NCBI GenBank assembly: GCA_048013815.1
Contig: CM106586.1
Location: 13,206,001 to 13,270,000 of the forward strand
Length of the DNA: 64,000 bases
Direction of reading: 5' to 3'
DNA from: Setoptus koraiensis
Lineage: Eukaryota; Animalia; Arthropoda
A program made the translations under genes and the position numbers. A model generated the notes under the pieces. That model worked only from the letters and a program-made list of their open reading frames with translations, did no database searches and had not been told where the DNA came from. Shown piece by piece: positions 50,201-60,645 of the stretch (its first letter is position 1; the number at the start of each line of letters is the position of its first letter).

Positions 50201-50246
50201 GTAACTTGAAGTTCTAAGGCGCATGGTATGGTTGCCAATGTTCTCA
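47215..50246 (+). repeat. Arm 1 of a ~3-kb inverted segmental duplication (FATP plus flanks); arm 2 is 52917-55567
   Basis: Reverse-complement homology runs from ~47215/55567 through the CDS to 50246/52917. Confidence 0.9.
48176..50217 (+). CDS. Fatp: Long-chain fatty acid transport protein / very-long-chain acyl-CoA synthetase (FATP, SLC27) copy 1; exons 48176-48866, 49010-50217
   Basis: N-terminal TM segment; YIYTSGTTGLPKAA, YGSTEGN and the FATP signature GDLLEMDEYGYVYFKDRTGDTYRWKGENVST. 143-nt phase-1 intron. Confidence 0.95.
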
Positions 50247-50576
50247 GACAATGATAGATAATTTTCTAGTTTTAGCATAAGCAATTTGTTAAGGAAAGAA
50301 ACACTCAACCAATTATCACTACTAGATATTTACTACCTTTTAGTTCTGTATGATTGAGCAAACAAACATACAAGCAAACAAACGAGAAATGTACTGTTCC
50401 TGTATAACACATCATCATCATACAGATATCACGATGTGAATTCTTTCGTCAAGTTATCTCTTGCTCACTTGTCAAGCTGGTACCGACTTTTCTCCTGACA
50501 TTTACATAGACTTTTCTATTGGCTTTCCGTCTGACTTTCCTTCAAACATCTATTTGGAACTTTCGCTTGGCGGAGA

Positions 50577-51298
50577 TTGGAAATGTCATGTACTCCGCCA
50601 ACATACTCAGTATGTTCTCCGCTGGTACCTTGTACTTGTAGGTTGTATTTTCCGGCCAGCTCCTCTAATTTTATTAGATTAGCTGCTCATTTGGGCAATT
50701 TTATGTGCGCTGATGCACGAATCGTTATCCCCAAATTGGTGGGAAAAAATGCCAAATATCCCAATCCCCCAAGAATGGCAACTTGGCCTTGATAGCTCTA
50801 ACTCTGTCCACCGCTCGAGAGTACATAGCCCTCAGGTCCCCGCCTGGTGGCATGCAGATAACTCTCAGGTGATCCTCCTCTTTGACCCAAACTAAGTCGT
50901 GGTGGCAGGGATTGGATGGGTACCCCTTGAGCGACCGGCCACAACGAACGCGAGTAGATACGACAAACTCGTTGTTTGGATCAACATTGCCCAAGCTATC
51001 ACGATCACCGAAATCGCTAGCCGGGTGCTTGTCGGTCGCCTTGAAGCCGCCGTGATATTCCTCGATAATTGGATTGAATAGATCAGCGAAAAGGGTATAC
51101 GACTCGGCGTCTGGCGCATAGATTCCAACGCCCGAATCTAAATTTTCAAAGCCTGATTGGCACACATCCAATAAAGTGGCGCCCATGGCAGTTTTGAGTA
51201 ACTTAAGTTTGTCGAAAGTCTGACGAGTGAGATATTTCTTCAGTAGCGAATGACATTGATCCGGTGTTGCGGCCTGCAATTTATTATAACCTGCCTCC
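50577..51298 (-). pseudogene. Arginine kinase pseudogene (body of copy 1)
   Basis: Homologous to 56986-58161 but lacks the promoter and first ~42 codons. Net 228-nt in-frame deletion between GGCA microhomologies (57415/57639 in the intact copy). Frameshift after KLPF. The last ~25 codons are deleted. The 3' flank 50247-50570 matches 56610-56920. Confidence 0.93.
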
Positions 51299-51446
51299 GG
51301 GTCGGTGTTGAATTTTTGGGCTAAAATTTTAAACAGATGTTAGGGCGTTCATTTTTTTTCTCGTCCGACAGGGCTCCCAAGGCCAGCTCAACGCGAAATC
51401 GCCATTTTGTGCTTTTTTCCGGATTCCCTAGTCCTGTGCATCGAAC

Positions 51447-51581
51447 CCACTTCCGGTGCCTTTAGGTACCATCACGAGAAACATATTCTGTGCTATGCAA
51501 GCGAGAACAATGAGCGAAGAATGGCCCCTCAAAACCGATATTGAGGTCCGTCGTGATGGTGCCGATGGGCACCGGAAGTGG
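51447..51581. mobile_element. 135-bp MITE-like element with 31-bp imperfect terminal inverted repeats
   Basis: Arms 51447-51477 and 51551-51581 are 27/31 complementary (CCACTTCCGGTGCC...ACCATCACGA). No clear TSD. Confidence 0.5.
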
Positions 51582-52004
51582 ATTAACTTTCTTCGTTTCT
51601 TGCATCAGTAGGGTAAAACTAATTTATGTCAATTTTCGTCTATAATAATCGTATAATAATTCATCTAGCATAAAAAAACTGTCCAACAACTGTTTAGTGC
51701 TGAGGACGAACCTAAACATCAGAAGGCTGAGACTCAAAGACTCGCAATAGAAGCCACACTGAAGCCGAAACTCCAGCTAACTTGCGAATTGCTCGATCTG
51801 GTACATCACCCTGATGTGTTAAGTCGTCTACAAATGATTCGGTACTCCAAGCCATTATCGAGCTGTTAATCTAAGGCTTTTGAGGGCCCCGAACCGTGTA
51901 CATTGCTGGCACGGCTTGGTACGTATTCCGAAGAACACCCAAACTTTTGGTTTGAGGCCCCTCTGCGTCCCGAAATTTAGGTTTTTCCAAATCTCCGGAA
52001 GTAG

Positions 52005-52837
52005 GAACCAACAACACTGGCAACAGCAACATCGACAATCAAAATCACCATCGTCTGGTGGCGCTGCACCCAGTGCAAGGCGCAGTGGCGGATGCCCGAG
52101 GGGGCATGCTTCTTTGACAGTCCTTACTGTCAAAAATGCATGTCTCGGGACAACGTTCATTGGGTAGGGGGGGAGGACTATCCCAAGAAGTACGACTATC
52201 CGACGACGAAATATAAATACAGAGGCAAAATGAAGTTTTTCAAAAAATATTTGGTATGGCAAGCCATTGACTCACGTGGCGATGTCAGTGAGTCCTACTT
52301 TGCCACAGGCACAATCAACGCCGAAATATATCTAGAAGAGTGCCTGAAGAAGCGCCTGTTGCCTTTCATAGAGAAGCACCACCAATTAGACCAAGTTTTA
52401 TTTTGGCCAGATATGGCAAAAGTCCATTACGCCGGACGTGTTGTTGATTGGCTGGTTGATAAAAATATTGACTTTGTACGTGAGAGTGAGAATACGCCCA
52501 ACTTCCCTTTTGGTCGTCCAATTAAGAAATTTTGGGCTCTGTGCAAGTCAGAGTACAAGTCAAGGAATCGGCCAGCTAAAGATTTAAAGCAATTTCAAAG
52601 AGTGTGGAGAAATATGAGTGAGGGAGTGGCAGAGAAGAGCGGAAAAGCTCTAACGGAGCGCCTCAAGTTAAAATTAAGATTAGTCAGAAATGATTCAATA
52701 TATAATATTCTAAACCTACCCCGATTGAAGCCAAGTGATATAACAAATAAATAAAACTCGTTTCTTGTTCAGACTGTGAATACACATAGAGTTACAGCGA
52801 AATATCTGATACGACACGAATTAGTGGACACGCTTTA
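52005..52837 (+). mobile_element. 5'-truncated Tc1/mariner-superfamily transposon, DD37E (ITmD37E-like) spacing; 3' TIR-like end at 52818-52837
   Basis: KF.KKYLVWQAI...G.S..YF..GTIN.EIY...CLKKRLLPFI.KHH...LFWPD.A..HY...N.PN.P..RPI.KFW. Exactly 37 residues separate the second Asp from the position of the catalytic Glu, which is Lys here (AAG, one transition from GAG). The element ends GAATTAGTGGACACGCTT-TA. First Asp, DNA-binding domain and 5' TIR are not seen. Confidence 0.85.
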
Positions 52838-52945
52838 ATAATCCAGCTCGAGAGCCTCTACGAAACGAATATTAAGATTTTGAAATTTGGGTGTCGCAGA
52901 AACATATGTTTCTCTGTGAGAACATTGGCAACCATACTATGCGCC

Positions 52946-54990
52946 TTAAAACCTCAAATTACCGCTAGTGATGTCGTCATAAACTTGTTGAGTTACTCTA
53001 ACGCAATCATTTTTCTTCACATCAACTAGATAAATTGGATCGTCGATCTTATTTATGTTGTAACCGTGTTCCTTTAAGCCCACTTTCGATAGCTTGAATG
53101 TTCCCGTAGCCTCGATTTCGTCTACTACTCTGATGAAAACTGGAATGGCGAACGGTGCTAATCTTTGGCGCATATCGTTGATTAGTTTCTTCAGATCGGC
53201 ATGCTTATCTGCAATAGCCAACATACCTGCCTTTCCTTCGCAATTTGGCACCTCAACTCCATACACAACACAATCTTGTTGCTTGAGCAATTCACTAATA
53301 ATACCCTCCACCTCCATAGTAGAGACATTTTCACCCTTCCATCTATAAGTATCACCAGTTCTATCTTTGAAATAAACATAACCATACTCGTCCATTTCTA
53401 GGAGATCACCGGATGAGAAGGCCATGTCGCCCTTCCAGAAGACATCGCGAACGATTTTCTTGTTTGTTGCCTCCTTGTTGACATAACCATCAAAAGCTCG
53501 CGTCGGGTTACCTTCAATAATCTTACCAACGAGCTCGCCTGTCTCTCCGGGTCCACATTTAATACAAACTCCTTTCTTATCTCTGATTGCCTCGCCCGTT
53601 AATGGATTGCACTTAATGAGAGTTACTGGATAAACTATTGGCAATATTCGCGATACAAATCCGCACGCTCCACGAGTATTATCAAAGTTAGCAATACTTA
53701 CATTGCCCTCTGTTGAGCCGTACACTTCTCCTATTTGCTTAATGTTGAATCTAGTCTCAAACTCTGACCAAATCTGTTGTCTTAAACCATTACCAATCAT
53801 AAGTCTGACCTTATGTTGGTTATCCTCGGGCCGTGGCGGTTGTGATAATAAATAACGGCACATTTCTCCGATATATTGAGCAATTGTGGCATTGTATTTG
53901 ATACAATCTGACCAAAATTGAGATGCGGAAAATCGTTTTTTAATGACCATACTGCTATCAAATAATAAACATTGGCTTGCTCCCATAGTTCCGGCCGCTA
54001 AATGGTACAATGGTAAACTGCTGTAAATAGTTTCTCTGTTGCCGAGAGCCATTAAGTATCTAAAGGCCGCTGCAATTAACATGAAGCGATAGTGCTTGAT
54101 TATGGCGGCCTTGGGCAGACCAGTTGTGCCAGAAGTATAAACATAAAACAATCGGTCTACGTTGTGGCACAGTTTAAAAATAGTTGGCGACGATAGGTGA
54201 TTGGAAGAAGATAAGAAGCAGTTAGTAGCTCGTTTGCATAATAAGTAATTCAAGAGACTTTTGATTACAAAAGCAACAGTTGTTGCTACTGGGACTTACC
54301 ACTAAAGTTGCCAAGGCTTAAATTTACTGGATCACTGCTACTGCTTTCGCTTATCATTTGTTGTAACGATTTCGATTGAGCTATTTTGGTTTGTTTGTTG
54401 TCACCAAAATGAAAGAATTCTAATGATGATTGCGATTTAAGTTTGTCATAAACATCATCAATGGCTGAGCTTTGGTCCGTTCCAAATATAACAGCTTTAC
54501 AATTGACTACAGTTATGGAATGCACTAGAGTATCTAGGCGTTGATTAGTGTTAATCAATGCCGTAACAATACCAGCCTTGGCAAGACCCAACCAAATGAC
54601 CACATATTCTGGCCTCGAATCCATAAATAGAGCGACTTCTTGGCCGGGTTGGAAGCCTTGCTTTATGAAGGCGTTGGCCACCTTGTTAGAGAGAATATCA
54701 ATTTCTTTGGCTGTCCATTTTTGGTCCTCATAAAAGAAGACAATTCTGTTGGGTTCTTTCTCGACATTGTCTTTGAAAGCTTGTGGTACTGTGGCGTTTC
54801 GTCTCTTTAACTTGTACAAATACCAAAGTATCTGACCGAAGCGAATGAGTCCAGTTAAATCACGAGGCAACGTCACTAGAACAACCTTGACATATCTCCA
54901 TCCACCAGAGACTAAGTAGGCACCAAAGGCGAGTAATGTTGAATTAAGTATCAACGTTCCAAAAGATAAGTTTTGCAATATCATGAACAT
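52946..54990 (-). CDS. Fatp: FATP copy 2 (inverted); exons 54990-54300, 54156-52946
   Basis: Intact paralog of 48176-50217 with the same 143-nt phase-1 intron; one extra codon. Confidence 0.95.
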
Positions 54991-55715
54991 CGTATGATGG
55001 TCTTGTATGATGTGATTGTACTTTTATTATTGTATAATTGTTTTATTGTAATGCTGCTGTTGCTTCTCCTGCCGCGGCGCGTAGCACACTGACAAGCTAT
55101 TGGAATAGTAATAGAATTTAAATTGTTGTCGCATCGTCATTTTAATCAAGCGTTTAATTAATGGTGATGATACTACACACTGATGAAACCGATTGGAAAT
55201 TTTAGCATACAAAAGCGGGACTCGTTTTTTTAACCCTACGTTACGGTAGCAAGTCCCAATACTAGTAACGATGAACATATTTTTTTTTATCTAACAAATC
55301 TTCTTGAGACAGTCAATCAAATAGATTCCGAAAAGTAACCGACATGCCATCGATACACTCGATGGCTGGTGGTTCTCAAAGATAGCGCTGGTAAATTTAA
55401 AACACTTTATCAAATGTGTCAGTCAGGCAAATGTGTGGGTGTTCATTTAGAGGGGATAGGGGATAGAGGATCTAACACGACAGACTGAATGTTAGTGATA
55501 ATGTCGGTTTTCATGACAAAGCCTCGGCAGGCACTTGTTGTTGTTGTTCGCCGGTGAACATGCACACCGCTAAGACGACGACACCAACATTTATGGTTTT
55601 CTTGGTGCACGAAAAAATTCCTAGAAGAAAATACTAATCTAGATGGATGTAAAAATAAAAAATGACTTTTCCCTTAGATTCACATGATTAGATTAACCAT
55701 CTAATCATCTCACTA

Positions 55716-55821
55716 TGTTTAGCAAAAAGCTAAAAAAAGCGCTTCCAAGTCACTGCAAAAGTAAGAGCAAAGCTGGAAACAAACCACAAAACAAGGTAGA
55801 ACCTCCTGTTGTTACAAAATT
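55716..55821 (+). pseudogene. Detached 5' end (and 5' flank from ~55612) of arginine kinase copy 1
   Basis: ATGTTTAGCAAAAAGC...AGCGCTTCCAAGTCACTGC...AAGGTAGAACCTCCTGTTGTTACAAAATT matches the start of 58161 on the minus strand. It ends exactly where the pseudogene body (51298) begins. The flank 55612-55715 matches ~58162-58258. Confidence 0.9.
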
Positions 55822-56609
55822 AGCATGCGCATTATCGGACCCCTATGAATCCTACGGCCGCGTACAAAAATAAAGAGAAAGCCTTTCCCACAAGCATCTG
55901 GTGAACCGCCGAAACCAGAGAGAGAGACGAAATTCGTTCGTGCCGAAGCCCTGTTTCGCATAGGGCATGCGCACGTTTTTCGCAAAATTTCGCAACAATT
56001 CTCAATTTCTTATTTAGTGCGCTTGCTTAGCCTCGAATAGATGCGAGAATGCGCATGAAATTTTTTTTTGGGGGGCAGATATCTCGAAAATAAAGCATTT
56101 CACGGGAAAACGAATGTCCATTCCTTGCTCCTCAGATACATGAGAATTCAACAAGACTAAATTCAGGTCAAAAGCGGTGTCATGCTTAGGAGGTTTCCCT
56201 TGTAAGACAATCAAAAATCTTATGACAGTGTGAGCCCAAGTCAAAGGCAATGGGGATGAATTATCTCGGCGAGGGAACGTAATAGAAACAAGAGTGGAAA
56301 ACTCGAGACGGAGTAATTGGATCAAAAATGCTATTTTATTTGACCAATAGGTAGGTCGATTTTGGGGAAAATGCCGGGCGTCGATGTTTCAATGTTACCG
56401 AAGCCAAAGGGAGTCATGTTTCGTCGATAGTGTTATGAATTCGAGATAGCATAGGTCCATAGCAGAGGTTCTTCTATCCGCACGCCAGGCTCATCAACCC
56501 TTTGTGAGGACGTTTAAACGGGTTTCTTGCGGCCAATTTCTCTGTCTCTACTGGTTCTGAGCGGCGTCTTCTGAATTCGTTCCTAGGAGGCCTGTGCTGA
56601 CAGACTTGG
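55822..56609. mobile_element. Foreign ~790-bp insert at the right inversion breakpoint, possibly TE-derived
   Basis: No counterpart in the paralogous unit. No recognisable ORF. The TE origin is only an inference from its position and sequence style. Confidence 0.3.
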
Positions 56610-56985
56610 CAGGCAATGATTGATAATTTTCCAGTTTTGTACAAGCAATTTGTAAAGGAGAGAAACACTCAACCAATCATCACTACTAGATATTTACTAC
56701 CTTTTAGTTCCGTATGATTGAACAAACAAACATACAAACAAACAAACGAGAATTGTACTGTTCCTGTATAACACATCATCATCATACATATATCACGCTG
56801 TGAATTGTTTCGTCAAGTTATCTCTTGCTCTTTTGTCAAGCTGGTACCGAGTTATCTCCGTACATTTACATAGACATAGACATTCCAGCAAACATCGATT
56901 TGGAACTTCCACTTAGCGCCGCAGCAACTCAGAAGCGATCCTACCGAGCGATCAAACATTAAGAAGCTAAAAAGAAAATGCTTCA

Positions 56986-58161
56986 CTACATGGACCTTTC
57001 CATTGCGATCAGTTGCTCTATGCCGTCCTGCATCTCTCGAACTGCTTGATATTCTGTCAGGCCGAGCCTACGCTTGTTGGAAATGTCATATACTCCGCCA
57101 ACACTCTCGGTGTGTTCACCGCTAGTACCACGCACTTGTAGATTGTATTTTCCGGCCAGCTCCTCTAATTTTTTCATATCAGCTGCCAATTTGGGCAATT
57201 TTATGTGCACTGATGCACGAATGGTTGTGCCCAAATTGGTGGGACAAAATGTCAAATATCCCAATCTGTTATCCCTCGAAAATGGCAGCTTGGCCTCGAT
57301 AGCTCTAACACCGGCCACCATTCGCGAATATATAGCCCTAAGATCGCCACCGGGTTGCATGCTAATAACTCTCAGGTGATCCTCCTCGTTGACCCAAACT
57401 AAGAATGTCTTGTTGGCATTGTGAAAAATACCTCGACCTGTTGGCCAGAATCGACATGCATTGGCTGTTTGCAAGAAACGATCGCCCTCTTTAAACAGGA
57501 AATGATCGTCAATGAGTTTCTGTTGAACCTCTTTAGTCATGCCAGTCAACGGATAATAAGTTCCCGCCAGATCGCCTGTCAGCTCCTTCAACACTGTGCT
57601 GACTTTCTGCTCCATATCTTTGTATTGAGCTTCAGTGAGGCAGGGATTGAATGGGTACCCCTTGAGCGATCGGCCGCAACGAACGCGAGTAGACACGACA
57701 AACTCGTTGTTTGGATCAACATTGCCCAAGCTATCACGATCACCGAAATCGCTAGCCGGGTGCTTGTCGGTCGCCTTGAAGCCGCCGTGATATTCCTCGA
57801 TAATTGGATTGAATAGATCAGCGAAAAGGGTATACGACTCGGCGTCTGGCGCATAGATTCCAACGCCTGAATCTAAATTTTCAAAGCCTGATTGGCACAC
57901 ATCCAATAAAGTGGCGCCCATGGCAGTTTTGAGTAACTTAAGTTTGTCGAAAGTCTGACGAGTGAGATATTTCTTCAGTAGCGAATGACATTGATCCGGT
58001 GTTGCGGCCTGCAATTTATTGTAACCAGCCTCCAATTTTGCAACAACAGAAGGGTCTACCTTGCTCTGTGGTTTGTTGCTAGGTTTGCTCTTACTTTTAC
58101 TCCTACTTTTGGAACGTTGCAGTGACTTGGAAGCGCTTTTTCTTGGCTTTTTGTTAAACAT
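56986..58161 (-). CDS. ArgK: Arginine kinase, intronless, 391 aa with a basic N-terminal extension
   Basis: [72 protein letters not shown] and DISNKRRLG phosphagen-kinase motifs. Confidence 0.97.
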   Translation of the reverse strand: MFNKKPRKSASKSLQRSKSRSKSKSKPSNKPQSKVDPSVVAKLEAGYNKLQAATPDQCHSLLKKYLTRQTFDKLKLLKTAMGATLLDVCQSGFENLDSGVGIYAPDAESYTLFADLFNPIIEEYHGGFKATDKHPASDFGDRDSLGNVDPNNEFVVSTRVRCGRSLKGYPFNPCLTEAQYKDMEQKVSTVLKELTGDLAGTYYPLTGMTKEVQQKLIDDHFLFKEGDRFLQTANACRFWPTGRGIFHNANKTFLVWVNEEDHLRVISMQPGGDLRAIYSRMVAGVRAIEAKLPFSRDNRLGYLTFCPTNLGTTIRASVHIKLPKLAADMKKLEELAGKYNLQVRGTSGEHTESVGGVYDISNKRRLGLTEYQAVREMQDGIEQLIAMERSM

Positions 58162-59268
58162 GATAAAACGATTAGATGGTTAAGACGAAATGTTAAAAAG
58201 AACAGTTATTCTGTTATTGTCACATCTATCTAGATTAGTATTTTCTCATAGTATTTTTGTATGGGCATATGAAAACGATAAATGTTTGTCGCGCGACAAT
58301 CAGGCGAGACAGTCGTACGTGTATTAGACTGTGTGAAATAATTCCTTTGCGTTGGTAATGAAGGCATTGGACGACGAGCATCATGCGTAACACCAGAGTA
58401 AGGATTACAACTCAGATCTGCGAATAGCCAGTACAAATGAGAAAAAAAAATTAGGATCAAAATGAGTATCGCGATACAAATGCTAGGAGACGATTAAGTC
58501 CTAATTTTGATGACTTAAATTCTTGATTTGATCAGATTTTTGTTTGCTTGTTTGATGAGTTGTCTTGGTTGATGAGTATAGTTTGGTCGTTTTCTGTTCT
58601 TTCTGACGCCGTCCCATTGATTTGCTGAATACCATGATCCTAACAAACTCTTCCTTTCACAGACATCTGCAACGAATGAGTCAGTTGATGGCTGGACGAT
58701 GCAATTTTGAAAAATCAAGAATGAGACTCATATTTAAAACTCTTTCATCATGACACCGTTTTCGGCGTCACTCTAGACTTGTCGAGTTCTCCTTCCTCTA
58801 AAAAGCACAAAAACATGTTTCATTTTCCCGGAGAATGCTTGGTTTTTGAGAAATCTAGCTCAGAATTAGCTCATTATGCCCAGTCTCTCCAGTATTTGAG
58901 GTGGTATAGGAGGTGTTAGCAAAAAACGTGTCCGAAGAAAATTGATAGAAACCGATAATACTTGATAATTTTATTCCGGAACTCCAATGATAAATTTTAC
59001 ATCCCTTGGCAACGCAAAGAATCCAGAAATATCGTTTTGTTCGAATTCTAGACCAAGAATAGATCGGAATGAATGGATATATGAATGAGTATGTTACATG
59101 CTTTAAAAGGCAGGCGAAATTCTCGGTAGAGCTTTTTGCGGCCAGAAATAGAATATCTCCTTATAACAGTGCAGTTTCGGGATTTGACGACAAAAAATTG
59201 CATCGAATTGAGAACATTTGAATTTTCATTCACGGAGATACAAAGCTCGATCTGAAATTTAGAAGAAA

Positions 59269-60645
59269 ATGCTTTGTCTCCAGTTTTTCACTTTGATACT
59301 CACCGTATCCTATATTGGTCTTGGAAGATCGACTGAAGCTCTGATCTCGTCACGGGATGAATGTAAAACAAAAATTGCCACTGTTGACTCAGTGGAAAAA
59401 TTCTTGGTCTTCATCGATGAACTGGATATCCCAAGGAACGTTCTGAACAAATGCTTGCATAGTGCCGATGGTATAGGTGATTTGCAGGCCCTAATAGGAA
59501 TCGTCCAACAATCGTCTTCGGTTCATTCTGTTTGCGAACCAGATTTCATTGATCGATTAATGCATTTTGAAAATAACCTGCGCCTTCATGCAACTCGTGG
59601 GCGACTTCGTTTCAGATTGAAACATCGATTGTCGCGATTTTTCGCACTCTTTACTGGTCAGGTTATCGTAACATGCAAAAAGAATCTTGAAAAGAAGCTA
59701 GAACAAGCGGAACGCGAGCGGAATGTTGAACAGAGTTTGAGTATGATCAAAGAGATAGAACTCAAAAAAGTGCCGACTGAAGATTTGCCGCTAAGCAAAG
59801 GAATGCGATATCTAATGAAAATAGCTATGCAAAGCAAACCGTGGTTTACCGATCTACCCGACCATCTATTATTGGCCGAATCTATCGAGGAAAGCGCATC
59901 TGGTATTTTTGTCGTCTTGAGTAATTTCGAAATGATAGAAAAATATGCGAAATTGAAGAAGGCCTGCAAATTGATTGATAGATACGCACAAAGTTCTATA
60001 TATCCGATAGCGAGACTTGCTTCGTACGGTTACATGGCCAGAGACGATTCGAAAGTTTTGGATGGAAATCTTAGGAGCAGCCCACGAGTGAGTAGATGGT
60101 TATCAGTGGTGCAATACTGTCAGAGCGTATTTATCATTCGAGCTCAACTGGATATCGAAGAAAACTTGCCATACAGTTTAGAAAAGGACCTCATCGCGAC
60201 TGAAATGATGGTCAGCACAAAGTTGGACGCGTTTAGATTTGAAGAAAAAGAATCTGTTCACGAATTCGATCACAATATCCAAGTCTACCACGCCACAACA
60301 TCAGGCGTGACCGGTTGGCTCAGAAAGCAATTGAGCAAAGTTGATGAGAGGCTGGTCAAAAAGTTGATGAAATTGTACGGTAATCAAGATAAGCAAACGA
60401 TAAATTCTGTACTGTCGGGGCCCGATTCAGAGGGCCAAGTACAATTTGGTGGCTCTACAACTCTCGTGACAAATCACGCTGCAACGACCACGACGGCGGT
60501 CGCATCGCACGCTCATGGTATTTCGACAGGTACCCGCGAAACCCTGATTATTCTAGCGGTTATTTTCGCGGTGATGTTACTCTCTTACCTCTTGTATAGC
60601 AAGTTAGCGAAAGGGTGGTTGATGGTGTTAAAGGCAGGGTACTGA
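59269..60645 (+). CDS. Uncharacterised protein, 458 aa, with signal peptide and C-terminal TM helix
   Basis: Uninterrupted ORF. Hydrophobic N-terminus (MLCLQFFTLILTVSYIGLG), spaced Cys, T/A-rich stalk and LIILAVIFAVMLLSYLLY near the C-terminus. No family recognised. Confidence 0.8.
   Translation: MLCLQFFTLILTVSYIGLGRSTEALISSRDECKTKIATVDSVEKFLVFIDELDIPRNVLNKCLHSADGIGDLQALIGIVQQSSSVHSVCEPDFIDRLMHFENNLRLHATRGRLRFRLKHRLSRFFALFTGQVIVTCKKNLEKKLEQAERERNVEQSLSMIKEIELKKVPTEDLPLSKGMRYLMKIAMQSKPWFTDLPDHLLLAESIEESASGIFVVLSNFEMIEKYAKLKKACKLIDRYAQSSIYPIARLASYGYMARDDSKVLDGNLRSSPRVSRWLSVVQYCQSVFIIRAQLDIEENLPYSLEKDLIATEMMVSTKLDAFRFEEKESVHEFDHNIQVYHATTSGVTGWLRKQLSKVDERLVKKLMKLYGNQDKQTINSVLSGPDSEGQVQFGGSTTLVTNHAATTTTAVASHAHGISTGTRETLIILAVIFAVMLLSYLLYSKLAKGWLMVLKAGY

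Noticed and set aside
50725-51279. 184-aa arginine kinase ORF as a functional short isoform
   Set aside because: It lacks the promoter and start, has a 76-codon deletion in the catalytic domain, and frameshifts before the CPTNLGT motif.
51299-56609. Inversion by recombination between two copies of one transposon
   Set aside because: I could find no similarity between the left and right inserts, and no matching 5' TIR for the DD37E element.
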